The notes beneath the pieces were generated by a model. The model searched no databases, was not told the DNA's origin, and was given only the letters and a program-made list of their open reading frames with translations. A stretch of 50,827 nucleotides of DNA from Gemmatimonadales bacterium (lineage in GTDB: Bacteria; Gemmatimonadota; Gemmatimonadetes; Gemmatimonadales; GWC2-71-9): assembly GCA_035495075.1 (NCBI GenBank), contig DATJGL010000136.1, forward strand, positions 1 through 50,827, in the 5' to 3' direction. Both the position numbers and the translations under genes were made by a program. Below, piece after piece: positions 1 to 9,057 of the stretch (positions are counted from its first letter, which is position 1; each line of letters starts with the position of its first letter).

Positions 1-114
1 GTCGGCGGGATGCGGGCGAGCATCTACAACGCCTTCCCCCGGCAGGGTGTGGCGGCGCTGGTCAATTTCATGAAGGAGTTCGAAAGGACCAATCGGGCGG
101 CTATCCCGGCCTGA
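1..114 (+). CDS. serC: Phosphoserine aminotransferase, C-terminal fragment (start lies outside the window)
   Basis: Frame 1 reads [37 protein letters not shown]. The [10 protein letters not shown]...FM..F tail is the conserved SerC C-terminus. Confidence 0.6.
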   Translation, partial: VGGMRASIYNAFPRQGVAALVNFMKEFERTNRAAIPA

Positions 115-144
115 CCTGAGAAGCCACGCTGGAGCAGCAACTTA

Positions 145-182
145 GGCCCGGATCCAGGCTCGGTCCGGGCCTGATTCTTTTG
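145..182 (+). terminator. Rho-independent terminator after serC
   Basis: 8-bp stem GGCCCGGA (145-152) / TCCGGGCC (164-171), 11-nt loop, then T-rich tail TGATTCTTTTG. Confidence 0.6.
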
Positions 183-238
183 CCCGTCCGCGGGTAACAA
201 GCCGGTCGCAGGTGATCGTGGTCATGGCTGTCCGCCCC

Positions 239-267
239 TTGCCCACCTCACCTTCGTGCCGTATAAG
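239..267 (+). promoter_or_regulatory. Candidate sigma70-type promoter for the disulfide reductase-egt operon
   Basis: TTGCCC (239-244), 17-nt spacer, TATAAG (262-267). Sits about 120 nt upstream of the ATG at 388. Confidence 0.3.
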
Positions 268-387
268 CCTTTTGTGGCCGTTCCTCGATCGGGTCCCCAC
301 GACTGGATCGACGGAACCTTTTGGCTCCAAGCCTCGTTTTTCCCCTTGTCCTCTCGTACCAACCGGCTCCCGCGCGAGGCCTCCCAC

Positions 388-1785
388 ATGGCGACAGTGG
401 AGCACTACGATGCGCTCATCATCGGCGCAGGTCAGGCGGGGGTGCCTCTGGCACGCGCCTTCGCCACGGCCGGCCGACGGACGGCGCTCGTGGAGCGCGA
501 GCACGTGGGCGGGACCTGCATCAATGAAGGCTGTACACCGACCAAGACGATGGTAGCGAGTGCCCGGGTGGCGTATCTCGCTCGGCGCGGCGCCGACTAC
601 GGCGTACGAGCCGGCCCGATCACGGTGGATTTGTCTCGGGTCCGTGAGCGCAAGCAGGCAGTGGTGGACAGCTTTCGGAACGGTGGCCAGCGCCGCCTCG
701 AATCCACTCCCAATCTCGACCTGATCTTCGGCGACGCGCAGTTCACGGGCGTGAAGCAAGTGTCCGTCCGCCGCACGTTGAATGGCGGCCGCCGGCAGAG
801 CCTCAACGCCGATCTCGTATTCGTCAACAGCGGCTGCCGCCCGGCCCGCCCCGCTCTCCAGGGCCTCGACCAGATCTCGGCGCTCAATTCGACCTCCATC
901 ATGGAGCTGACGGACGTCCCGGAGCATCTGCTGATTCTCGGAGGCGGCTACATCGGTCTCGAGTTCGCGCAGATGTTCCGCCGCTTCGGCAGCGACGTCA
1001 CGGTGGTGCAGCGCAACGATCAGCTGCTCCCCAACGAAGACACGGACGTTGCCGCCGGCGTTCAAGAGATCCTCGAGGAAGACGGGATCGAGATCATGCT
1101 CCGGGCACAGTCCCACTGCGTTGCGCGCGATGGGTCGGCAATCAGGCTCGGCGTTCGCGTCGCCGATGGCGAACGAGTGCTCCGCGGTTCGCACTTGCTG
1201 CTCGCTGCCGGCCGCGCGCCCAACACGGACGACCTGAGCTGCGCCTCCGCCGGCGTCGCCGTGGATGAGCATGGCTTCATCAAGGTCAACAACCGGCTCG
1301 AGACCAGCGCACCCGGAGTTTACGGGCTCGGCGACGTCAAGGGCGGCCCGCAGTTCACTCACATCTCCTACGACGACTTCCGCATCATCCGAAGCAATCT
1401 GCTGGAGGGCGGCAACGCCACGACCGATCACCGGCTGCTGCCCTACACCGTGTTCATGGACCCCCAGCTCGGCCGCATCGGTTTGAACGAAAAGGATGCT
1501 CGCAAGCAGGGGCGCAACGTTCGAATCGCCAAGATGCCGATGAGCAACGTCGCGCGCGCGATCGAAGTGGATGAGCCGCGCGGGTTCATGAAGGCCGTGG
1601 TCGACGGCGACAGCGGGAAGATCCTGGGCGCTGCCGTCCTCGGCATCGAGGGCGGCGAGCTCATGTCGGTAATTCAGCTTGCCATGATGGGCGGTGTGAC
1701 CGCGCGGACTCTGCGCGACGCCATCTTCGCACATCCACTGTTGGCCGAATCGCTCAACAACCTGTTCGCGACGCTCGACGCCTGA
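388..1785 (+). CDS. Class I pyridine nucleotide-disulfide oxidoreductase (FAD/NAD(P)H flavoprotein disulfide reductase; substrate unknown, not a true MerA)
   Basis: N-terminal Rossmann motif [11 protein letters not shown]. Redox-active CxxxxC in [14 protein letters not shown]-terminal His-Glu dyad region AHPLLAE. Start moved to ATG 388 so the FAD motif is N-terminal. No HMA domain and no C-terminal Cys pair. Confidence 0.85.
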   Translation: MATVEHYDALIIGAGQAGVPLARAFATAGRRTALVEREHVGGTCINEGCTPTKTMVASARVAYLARRGADYGVRAGPITVDLSRVRERKQAVVDSFRNGGQRRLESTPNLDLIFGDAQFTGVKQVSVRRTLNGGRRQSLNADLVFVNSGCRPARPALQGLDQISALNSTSIMELTDVPEHLLILGGGYIGLEFAQMFRRFGSDVTVVQRNDQLLPNEDTDVAAGVQEILEEDGIEIMLRAQSHCVARDGSAIRLGVRVADGERVLRGSHLLLAAGRAPNTDDLSCASAGVAVDEHGFIKVNNRLETSAPGVYGLGDVKGGPQFTHISYDDFRIIRSNLLEGGNATTDHRLLPYTVFMDPQLGRIGLNEKDARKQGRNVRIAKMPMSNVARAIEVDEPRGFMKAVVDGDSGKILGAAVLGIEGGELMSVIQLAMMGGVTARTLRDAIFAHPLLAESLNNLFATLDA

Positions 1786-1801
1786 GGCAACCGGAGCCGC
1801 G

Positions 1802-3151
1802 ATGACACATATCTCCGCCGCACCGACCAATCCAGACACCGCGCCCGTCTCCGATGAGCAGCTTCGGGCGACTCTCGCGGCGGAACTGGCCGACGCTCGA
1901 CGCCGTACGCTCTGGCTGGTAGAGCCGCTCAGCGACGAGGACTTGCACCGCCAGCACGACCCGCTGATGAGCCCCGTGCTCTGGGACCTGGGGCATATCG
2001 CTGCCTTCGAGGACCTGTGGCTGACGCACAATCTGACCGGCCGCATCGAATTCAGTGAGATGCCGGGACTCTACAACCCGTTCGAGCATCCCCGGCGCGT
2101 ACGGGGGACCCTCGCATTGCCGCGCCTGGCTGAGGCTCGGCAGACGATGGAGGAGATCCGTGCCCGCGCATTGGCCCGGCTCGACACCGCCGACTTTCGC
2201 AGCGGACCACGGCTGCTGCATGACGGGTACGTGTATCGGATGGTGCTTCAGCACGAATACCAGCACGACGAGACGATTCTTCAGACGCTTCAGCTCAAGC
2301 GAGGGGACCCCTACGTGCCCCCCGAGCGTCGCCCGCTTCCACCTCATTCCAGGTTCTACCAGCCCGGCGAAATGGTCTTCTTCCCGGGTGGTCCGGTCGA
2401 GCTCGGCACCGACGACCGGTCGGCTGCGTACGACAACGAACGTCCTCGCCACCAAGTGGATCTCGCGCCCTTCTGGATCGATGTGACACCCGTGACCAAC
2501 GGCGACTTCCTCGAGTTCGTCGAGGCCGGCGGTTATCGGAGCCGCGAGCTGTGGAGCGAGGAAGGCTGGCAGTGGTTGAGAGAAGCCGGCGTCTCGGCAC
2601 CCAAGCACTGGGCCAAGCGCCTCAGCGTCTGGACCACCCGGACAATGGACCTGATCCGCCCCCTGGATCCGCTGCGCCCCGTCTGCCACGTGTGCTACCA
2701 CGAGGCGCAGGCGTATTCCAGATTCGCGGAGAAGCGCCTTCCGACCGAAGCGGAATGGGAAGCCGCCGCGTCATGGGATCCGGCAAGCGGTACGAAGCGG
2801 ATGTATCCCTGGGGCGACGAGCCCTGGACGCCGGAGCTGGCCAATCTGGATCAGACTGCGTTCGACACGGTGCCGGTCGGCGCCTACGCACGGAACGTTT
2901 CGCCCATCGGCTGCCATGGCATGATGGGCGATGTCTGGGAGTGGACCGCCAGCGATTTCCTTGCGTATCCCGGCTTCGAGGCATTCCCCTACAGCGAATA
3001 CTCCCAGGCGTTCTTCGGCTCGGAATACAGAGTTCTCCGCGGCGGGTCCTGGGCCACGCGCCCGGGCGCGGTAAGGTCCACCTTCCGCAACTGGGACTAC
3101 CCTATCCGCCGCCAGATCTTCAGCGGCTTTCGGTGTGCTCGCGATGCCTAA
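1802..3151 (+). CDS. egtB: Ergothioneine biosynthesis sulfoxide synthase EgtB (DinB-like N-domain plus FGE-sulfatase C-domain)
   Basis: DinB-type N-terminus (HDPLMSPVLWDLGHIAAFEDLW, HEYQHDET). C-terminal FGE-like GGSWATRP...FRCARD. GGAG is 8 nt upstream. Lies 16 nt after the reductase gene. Confidence 0.85.
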   Translation: MTHISAAPTNPDTAPVSDEQLRATLAAELADARRRTLWLVEPLSDEDLHRQHDPLMSPVLWDLGHIAAFEDLWLTHNLTGRIEFSEMPGLYNPFEHPRRVRGTLALPRLAEARQTMEEIRARALARLDTADFRSGPRLLHDGYVYRMVLQHEYQHDETILQTLQLKRGDPYVPPERRPLPPHSRFYQPGEMVFFPGGPVELGTDDRSAAYDNERPRHQVDLAPFWIDVTPVTNGDFLEFVEAGGYRSRELWSEEGWQWLREAGVSAPKHWAKRLSVWTTRTMDLIRPLDPLRPVCHVCYHEAQAYSRFAEKRLPTEAEWEAAASWDPASGTKRMYPWGDEPWTPELANLDQTAFDTVPVGAYARNVSPIGCHGMMGDVWEWTASDFLAYPGFEAFPYSEYSQAFFGSEYRVLRGGSWATRPGAVRSTFRNWDYPIRRQIFSGFRCARDA

Positions 3152-4106
3152 GCTCATTACCACGGCCGTCGCGCGGCCCAATCCGCGCATGTTGGCCGAA
3201 GTGGCGGCTGGTCTGTCCGGGCCGCAGAAGGAACTCCCTCCGAAGTACTTCTACGACCACCGTGGGTCGGAGCTATTCGAAGAGATCACCCGTCTGCCCG
3301 AGTATTACCTCACCCGGGCCGAGCGCTTGCTTCTCGAGCAGTGGATGCCGCACCTCGTTCGCTCACTCGGGAGCCGCACCCTGGTGGAACTGGGAGCCGG
3401 AAGCGCGGAGAAGTCCCGCATCATCCTGAACGCGATGCGTGCCGCTGGAACCGCGGAGCTATACGTGCCGATCGATGTCAGCGTGGCATTTCTGCGGCAA
3501 ACAGCCGAGCAGATCCGTGCTGAGTATCCCGGTCTCACAGTCACCCCGGGTGTTGCGGATATCTCCGAGGAGCTGAACGTCCCCCGCCGACTGGCGAGCC
3601 CGGTCCTCCACGCGTTTCTGGGAAGCACCATCGGCAATTTCCACGCTCAGGCGGCGGTCCGGCTACTTCGCCGGGTGCGGAGCATGATGTGGGCCGGCGA
3701 TCGCTTCCTGATGGGGGCCGACCTCCGCAAGGACGTCGCCGTTATCGAAGCGGCCTACAACGACTCGCGGGGGGTGACGGCGGAGTTCAACCTCAACATG
3801 CTCCGGGTGCTCAATCACGAGTTGGGCGCCGATTTCGACCTGAAGAGCTTCGTCCATCGCGCGTTCTACAACCCCAACGCACATCGCATCGAGATGCACC
3901 TCGTGTCGGTGCGACCGCAGGTCGTGAAGGTGCCGGGAATCGGGCAGGTACGGTTCGCGGCCGCCGAGTCTATCCGCACCGAGATCAGTTGCAAGTATGA
4001 CATCCCCAGCATCGCTGCGCTGTTCTCTGCGGCGGGACTTCGGCTCGAGTCGTGGAAGACGGATCCGGAGCGCCGATTCGTCCTCGTGGTGGCGAAACCG
4101 GTATGA
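3144..4106 (+). CDS. egtD: L-histidine N-alpha-methyltransferase EgtD
   Basis: LPPKYFYDHRGSELFEEITRLPEYYLTRAE is the EgtD/Methyltransf_33 signature. ATG 3144 overlaps the egtB stop (3149-3151). GTG 3135 is an alternative start. Confidence 0.85.
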   Translation: MPKLITTAVARPNPRMLAEVAAGLSGPQKELPPKYFYDHRGSELFEEITRLPEYYLTRAERLLLEQWMPHLVRSLGSRTLVELGAGSAEKSRIILNAMRAAGTAELYVPIDVSVAFLRQTAEQIRAEYPGLTVTPGVADISEELNVPRRLASPVLHAFLGSTIGNFHAQAAVRLLRRVRSMMWAGDRFLMGADLRKDVAVIEAAYNDSRGVTAEFNLNMLRVLNHELGADFDLKSFVHRAFYNPNAHRIEMHLVSVRPQVVKVPGIGQVRFAAAESIRTEISCKYDIPSIAALFSAAGLRLESWKTDPERRFVLVVAKPV

Positions 4107-5359
4107 CTCGGCTGAACCGCCCGACGCTGCTGGCCTACCTCGAGGAGCGCACCTTCAGCGCGCCCGGAGTGGGAGCGCCGAACTCGCGACGAATCGGCGC
4201 GGAAGTGGAGCTCATACCGATCGACGCGGCGACCGGGCGTCCTTGCCCGCTCGACGATGGCGCCGGGCCGGCGACGCTGCCGTTCCTTCGCCGCTTTGCC
4301 TCACGGCAGGGTTGGGTCGAGCAGCGCACGCCCAAGGGCGTGCCGTGTTTCGCCGTGCCGACCGGGGGGAGCATAACCTTCGAGCCGGGTGGTCAGATCG
4401 AATTCGCGAGCCCGCCAAGCCGCTCGGCCAGCACGCTGATCAACCGCTTGCGGGGTGTGGTGCTGCCGCTTCGCGCGGCGGCCGCCGCCGAGGGGATTAC
4501 GCTGCTCACGGTGGGGATCGACCCCCGCAACCCGGTGGAGCAGGTGCCGCTGCAGCTCTCCTGCGACCGTTACGTCCGCATGGCTGCGCACTTCGCGCGC
4601 ATCGGGCAAAGCGGGGCCAGAATGATGCGCCAGACCGCCGCATTCCAGGTCAGCGTGGATTTCGAGAACCAGCCGTTCGTGCGATGGCGACTGCTGAATG
4701 CGCTCACGCCATTCGTAACGGCGATTTTTGCCAACTCCCCGGTCTACGCGGGCCGATACACTCGGCACCGGAGCTTTCGGGCTCATTGCTGGCGACTGCT
4801 CGATCCACAGCGGACCGGTCTGCCCTACGACGAAGAGCGTCCAGTCGAGGCGTACCTGGAGTTCGCGCTCGGTGCTCCGGCAATTCTGCTGCCGACGGTT
4901 GACGGCCACTGTGACTCGTTCGACAGCTGGCTTGCTCGCGCCAATCCGTCGCTCGACGAGTGGGAAGCTCACCTCACCACGCTGTTTCCCGAGGTCCGCC
5001 CCCGCGCACACCTGGAGCTTCGCTCCATGGACGCCATCGACCCGGCCTGGTATCCGGCGGCTCTTGCCATCGTGGCGGGGCTGGTGTACGAGCCGCGTGC
5101 CAGGGAGGCAGCGCTGGATCTGCTTCCGGCTCCCGACCTTGGCCTGCTCGAGCGCGCCGGGCGCGTTGGATTAGCCGACTCGGCGATTGCTCGGACTGCG
5201 TCGGATCTGTTCGAGCTAGCTCTGTCCGGCTGTGCAGCCCTGGGAACCAAGTTTCTCCAGCCGGTCCACCTCGAAGAGGCCCGCACCTACTTCGAGCGCT
5301 ACACCAGGGTAGCGCGCTCGCCGGCAAACGAGCTCAAAGCCCGCCCCGTCGCTGCCTGA
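4103..5359 (+). CDS. egtA: Glutamate-cysteine ligase family 2 (EgtA-type gamma-glutamylcysteine synthetase)
   Basis: GCS2-family sequence (GAEVELIPID..., RMMRQTAAFQVSVDF). ATGA start/stop overlap with egtD at 4103-4106. Confidence 0.75.
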   Translation: MTRLNRPTLLAYLEERTFSAPGVGAPNSRRIGAEVELIPIDAATGRPCPLDDGAGPATLPFLRRFASRQGWVEQRTPKGVPCFAVPTGGSITFEPGGQIEFASPPSRSASTLINRLRGVVLPLRAAAAAEGITLLTVGIDPRNPVEQVPLQLSCDRYVRMAAHFARIGQSGARMMRQTAAFQVSVDFENQPFVRWRLLNALTPFVTAIFANSPVYAGRYTRHRSFRAHCWRLLDPQRTGLPYDEERPVEAYLEFALGAPAILLPTVDGHCDSFDSWLARANPSLDEWEAHLTTLFPEVRPRAHLELRSMDAIDPAWYPAALAIVAGLVYEPRAREAALDLLPAPDLGLLERAGRVGLADSAIARTASDLFELALSGCAALGTKFLQPVHLEEARTYFERYTRVARSPANELKARPVAA

Positions 5360-5498
5360 TCCGATAAGCCCGCCGCCGTTCCCCAGCCTGCAAGCCGTTG
5401 CACCGAAACCGGGGATTTAACGTCCCCCGGTCGGCTCCGTCCGTCGGTCAGTTCGCCTCAGCCCATTCGCTAACTCAACCGAGACGGAGGATAGGCCG

Positions 5499-6455
5499 AT
5501 GTACTCGACCACCCGGCGTCTGCTGCTGTTACCGGCGCTCGCCGCCACGGCGGCCCTCGCCCTTGCCGCGTGCAGCGGCGAATCGACCGGCCCGGCCACC
5601 CAGCCGCCGATGAGCCAGAATGACGCGAACGCCGCCTCGGACGTCATCGTCGGCGACCTGTCGGATCAGGCTGATGGCGCAACCACCACGTCGTCCGGCG
5701 CCAGCTTTTCGCTCATCGCTGCGCCGTCCAGTGGTCCGAGCCAGTCCGTGACCGCACTCGCCAAGGCGCCCTGGTATTCGACTGCCTGTTCTCCGGCACC
5801 TACGGTCACAACCAACGGCAACACCACCACCTATGTGTTCGACCACTGCGCAATCTCGCGGCTCATTCCGCTCGAGACGCTGAGCCGGACGGGCGAAGTC
5901 GACGTGACGCTCGATCCTGGCAGCCGGCTTGTTGCGTTCAAGGGCTTCCAGCGTACCTGGGAACGGATCTCTTTCCGGACCGGGCAAACCATCACAACTT
6001 CGGCCACGCAGGACGGCACTCGCAGCATCACCGGCGACGGTACCACCCTCGAGTTCCATGCGTACGGCTCGAGCGATCCCGCGACGAGCCTGTTCCAGAC
6101 CGACTTCGTGCACGAGGATCAGTCCACCTCGCGGCACGAACGGAACTGGCATTCGCAGTTCACGGCGGACGTCGCCGGCTCGATCGCCTTGAATCAGCCG
6201 CTGCCGGCCGGTGTGTGGTCCCTCAACGGAACGTCGACGTGGATACGGAACCCTGGTGCAGCGAATCAGAAGAGCTGGACCTTTGTAGTCAGCGCTCCCG
6301 ACGTCCACTACAATCCGGCCTGCACCTCGGCGCCTCAGTTCGATGCTGGCACGATGACGGTGAGTGCGTCCAACGGTCAGAACAGCAATACGTCGGAATT
6401 CACGATCACGTTCACGGGCTGCGGGAAGTACACCGTGGTGATCACGCAGAGCTAG
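5499..6455 (+). CDS. Hypothetical lipoprotein
   Basis: Signal peptide with lipobox LALAAC|SG. GGAGGA Shine-Dalgarno about 8 nt upstream of the ATG. Ser/Thr-rich mature part with no recognisable domain. Confidence 0.6.
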   Translation: MYSTTRRLLLLPALAATAALALAACSGESTGPATQPPMSQNDANAASDVIVGDLSDQADGATTTSSGASFSLIAAPSSGPSQSVTALAKAPWYSTACSPAPTVTTNGNTTTYVFDHCAISRLIPLETLSRTGEVDVTLDPGSRLVAFKGFQRTWERISFRTGQTITTSATQDGTRSITGDGTTLEFHAYGSSDPATSLFQTDFVHEDQSTSRHERNWHSQFTADVAGSIALNQPLPAGVWSLNGTSTWIRNPGAANQKSWTFVVSAPDVHYNPACTSAPQFDAGTMTVSASNGQNSNTSEFTITFTGCGKYTVVITQS

Positions 6456-8098
6456 GGAGCCGTTGCTTGCCGTCTTTTCCTGCACGCCGCCAGCAGTTGC
6501 CGTGGCGCCGGATGATTGGGGTACAACCTGCGCGCAGCCTCCGCGTGGGGGCGGGCGCGGTCGCAGTGGCCGCGGTTACGCCATTCGTAAGCCAGCAACA
6601 TCTGAATTCGGTAGTTCCCCGGGTCCAGCCGGCCAGCCCACTCCAAAGTTGCCGGCCCTCGGCCTCCGCTGAACACCGCGATCGCTGCGATCTGCCCGAT
6701 CGACTGAATTGTCAGCAAGGTTCCGAGCAGCGCAACCGCGCCCGCCAGCCTGGCTCGCCGCATGTCGGAAAGCTGGATGGTGAACAGCGAGCGGCGCGGT
6801 GGGCGGATCAATGCGCCCAGCAGTGCGGCAATGAACACCGTCGGAGCGGGAAGCAGAAGGACGGCGTCGAAGGCGCTGACGCACGCCAGGACGAGAAGCG
6901 TGATCAGTGCGACCAGCGCTTGCAGCCCTTCGGAGGTATGAGAGCCCTGCCGCCACCGACGCCACGCCCCCACGGCCAGCGCGCCGCCGAGAATCAGCAC
7001 GGCGACCAATGCCAATGGCCCCCGCTCGGCCAGGAGAGCGACCCAGTCGCTGCTGGGCCACGGGTTGGTGGGGATGAAGTCGTCCGGATCGAAGGCTGGG
7101 TCGCCGGGGAAGGTGTACTTGGGATACTCGACGGCCCAGTTACCCGCCCCGACGCCGGCCACCGGATGATCGGTCGCCATCCGCAGCGTATTGCGGTACT
7201 GCACCAGGCGTCCGCGACCGCTTCCCTCGCGGTAGTCTGCCAGGCCACGCATCGAGTCGAGATAGGGTGAAGTCGAGCGCCACTCGAGGTGGTTTGGAAG
7301 CAGCAGCGCGATCCCCGCGGCAATTCCAGCGGCGAGAGCCAGGGCAATCACGCGACTGCGGGCGACCTGGTTCTTCCAAAGGCCGCCTGCCCACAGCCCC
7401 TCGATGGCGAACGAGGCCAACCCGATCGTGAACGCAAGCCAGGCCGCCCGCGAACGGGAAAGCACCAGCGCCGCGCCGGCAAGCGCGACCCCTGCCTGCC
7501 ACAGGAACCCTTCCCACCGGCGTCGAGCCTCGAGTCCCGCGAGCGCGAGCACGGGAGCCCCCAGCGCGACGAAGTGCGCCATGAAGTTGCGGTTGCCGAA
7601 GGTTCCCCCCGGGGCGCGCCGCTCGGCCATTACCGACAGCTCAACGCCGTAGGCCTGCAGCAGCGCCGTTCCGGCGGCGAGCGCCACCGCGGCGGCCAGC
7701 GTGCGCACCAAGGCCTCCCGGCTCGAGGGGGCGACCGTCCGAGCGCTCCAGAACACCAACGCTCCGGAGAGGCTCAGGCCAAAGGCCCGAAAGGCGAGCC
7801 AGTGGTTCTCCGCAAGAATGGCTGATACGAGGGAGACGGCGAGAAAGACAGCCAACAGGGCATCGGCGGCCGTGATCTGGAGTTTCTTGGCGCGCACCAG
7901 GCCATAGATCGCCGCCCCGAAGCCGGTGAGCTCGGCGACCAGCTCCTTGGGAACTGCGTGCCGCTCCAGATCGAACAACGGATATGGCAGGGCCGCGAGC
8001 ACCACGCCGACCACGCCAACCTGCAGAATGCGAAGCGCAACCCGGTTGTCGGATCCGGGCTCCGCTGCGGGCTCACTGCCGAGCGATGCGATGGCCAT
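6452..8098 (-). CDS. O-antigen ligase/polymerase-like multi-pass membrane protein with TPR-like C-terminal tail
   Basis: About 10 or more hydrophobic helices. Large loop with RNFMAHF...SRSRAAWLA typical of the Wzy_C/O-antigen ligase family. C-terminal soluble repeat-like region. Confidence 0.55.
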   Translation of the reverse strand: MAIASLGSEPAAEPGSDNRVALRILQVGVVGVVLAALPYPLFDLERHAVPKELVAELTGFGAAIYGLVRAKKLQITAADALLAVFLAVSLVSAILAENHWLAFRAFGLSLSGALVFWSARTVAPSSREALVRTLAAAVALAAGTALLQAYGVELSVMAERRAPGGTFGNRNFMAHFVALGAPVLALAGLEARRRWEGFLWQAGVALAGAALVLSRSRAAWLAFTIGLASFAIEGLWAGGLWKNQVARSRVIALALAAGIAAGIALLLPNHLEWRSTSPYLDSMRGLADYREGSGRGRLVQYRNTLRMATDHPVAGVGAGNWAVEYPKYTFPGDPAFDPDDFIPTNPWPSSDWVALLAERGPLALVAVLILGGALAVGAWRRWRQGSHTSEGLQALVALITLLVLACVSAFDAVLLLPAPTVFIAALLGALIRPPRRSLFTIQLSDMRRARLAGAVALLGTLLTIQSIGQIAAIAVFSGGRGPATLEWAGRLDPGNYRIQMLLAYEWRNRGHCDRARPHAEAARRLYPNHPAPRQLLAACRKRRQATAP

Positions 8099-8181
8099 CA
8101 GCTCGCCGGTCTGCGTGCGGTCGAACGGTCAGGCAGGATACGGCCTCCTTCGAACGGCGGGTGCGGCACTAAGATTGATTC

Positions 8182-9057
8182 ATGCCCGCTGACAAGCTTG
8201 CGCCACTCGTTTCTACCGAGTGGCTCGCCGCCCGCCTGGGACGGGCCGACGTGCGCGTCGTGGACGGATCGTGGTACCTCCCGGCGATGAACCGGGACGC
8301 CACCGTCGAGTTCGCCGAGGGACACATCCCCGGCGCGGTGTTTTTCGATCTCGATGCGTCGAGCGATCAGTCAACCGCGCTGCCGCACATGCTGCCGCCG
8401 GCACCGGCCTTCGCCGCGCGCATGGGAGGGCTCGGGCTGGATGATTCGAGTACGATCGTGGTCTACGATGGGTCGGGCGTGAATTTAAGCGCACCGCGCG
8501 TCTGGTGGATGTTCCGGGTCTTCGGTCACGACGCAACAGCCGTGCTCGACGGCGGCCTCGAGAAGTGGAAAGCCGAGGGGCGACCTCTGGAACGAGGGTC
8601 TGCCACCCCCGGCCCCGGGCGCTTTACAGCCAGGCTCGATCAAAGCCGGATCCGGGATCTCGCAACGCTTCGAGGCAATCTGGCAACCGGCGCCGAGCAG
8701 GTGGTGGACACCCGTCCGGCGGGGCGCTTCGAGGGGACTCACTCCGAGCCACGGGCGGGCGTGAAGAGCGGCCACATCCCCGGGAGTGTCAACCTTCCGT
8801 TCAACGAGCTGACGACATCCACGGGCACGTTCCTGACCCCGGAACGACTCCGGGCCCGGCTCGAAGCGGCCGGGATCGACCTCGCTCGGCCCATTGTCGC
8901 CACCTGCGGCTCCGCCACTAGCGCCTGCAGCGTTGTCCTGGGCCTCGACCTGCTGGGACACCGCGACGTGGCCGTCTACGACGGCAGCTGGACCGAATGG
9001 GGCGGGCGAGACGACACCCCCATCGAGCTTGGTCCGGCGCGTCGAGCCGGGTCGTGA
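8182..9057 (+). CDS. sseA: 3-mercaptopyruvate sulfurtransferase (tandem rhodanese)
   Basis: LVSTEWLAARL...VRVVDGSWYLP...EGHIPGAVFFDLD, and a second rhodanese domain with catalytic Cys in ATCGSATSAC. Confidence 0.85.
   Translation: MPADKLAPLVSTEWLAARLGRADVRVVDGSWYLPAMNRDATVEFAEGHIPGAVFFDLDASSDQSTALPHMLPPAPAFAARMGGLGLDDSSTIVVYDGSGVNLSAPRVWWMFRVFGHDATAVLDGGLEKWKAEGRPLERGSATPGPGRFTARLDQSRIRDLATLRGNLATGAEQVVDTRPAGRFEGTHSEPRAGVKSGHIPGSVNLPFNELTTSTGTFLTPERLRARLEAAGIDLARPIVATCGSATSACSVVLGLDLLGHRDVAVYDGSWTEWGGRDDTPIELGPARRAGS

Noticed and set aside
256-387. Longer N-terminus for the reductase starting at 256
   Set aside because: The extension reads as non-coding noise and crosses the candidate promoter and leader hairpin. 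It would also put the FAD-binding GxGxxG motif about 50 residues from the N-terminus instead of at it.
388-1785. Calling the flavoprotein a mercuric reductase (merA)
   Set aside because: It has no N-terminal heavy-metal-binding domain and no C-terminal Cys-Cys pair. No merR/merT/merP neighbours are present. Only the generic class I disulfide reductase core is there.
142-2046. 634-aa ORF on the minus strand spanning the reductase gene and the start of egtB
   Set aside because: It is antisense to two CDS with clear family signatures. Its translation is Arg/Ala/Gly-rich with no motifs. Long antisense ORFs of this kind are expected at this GC content.
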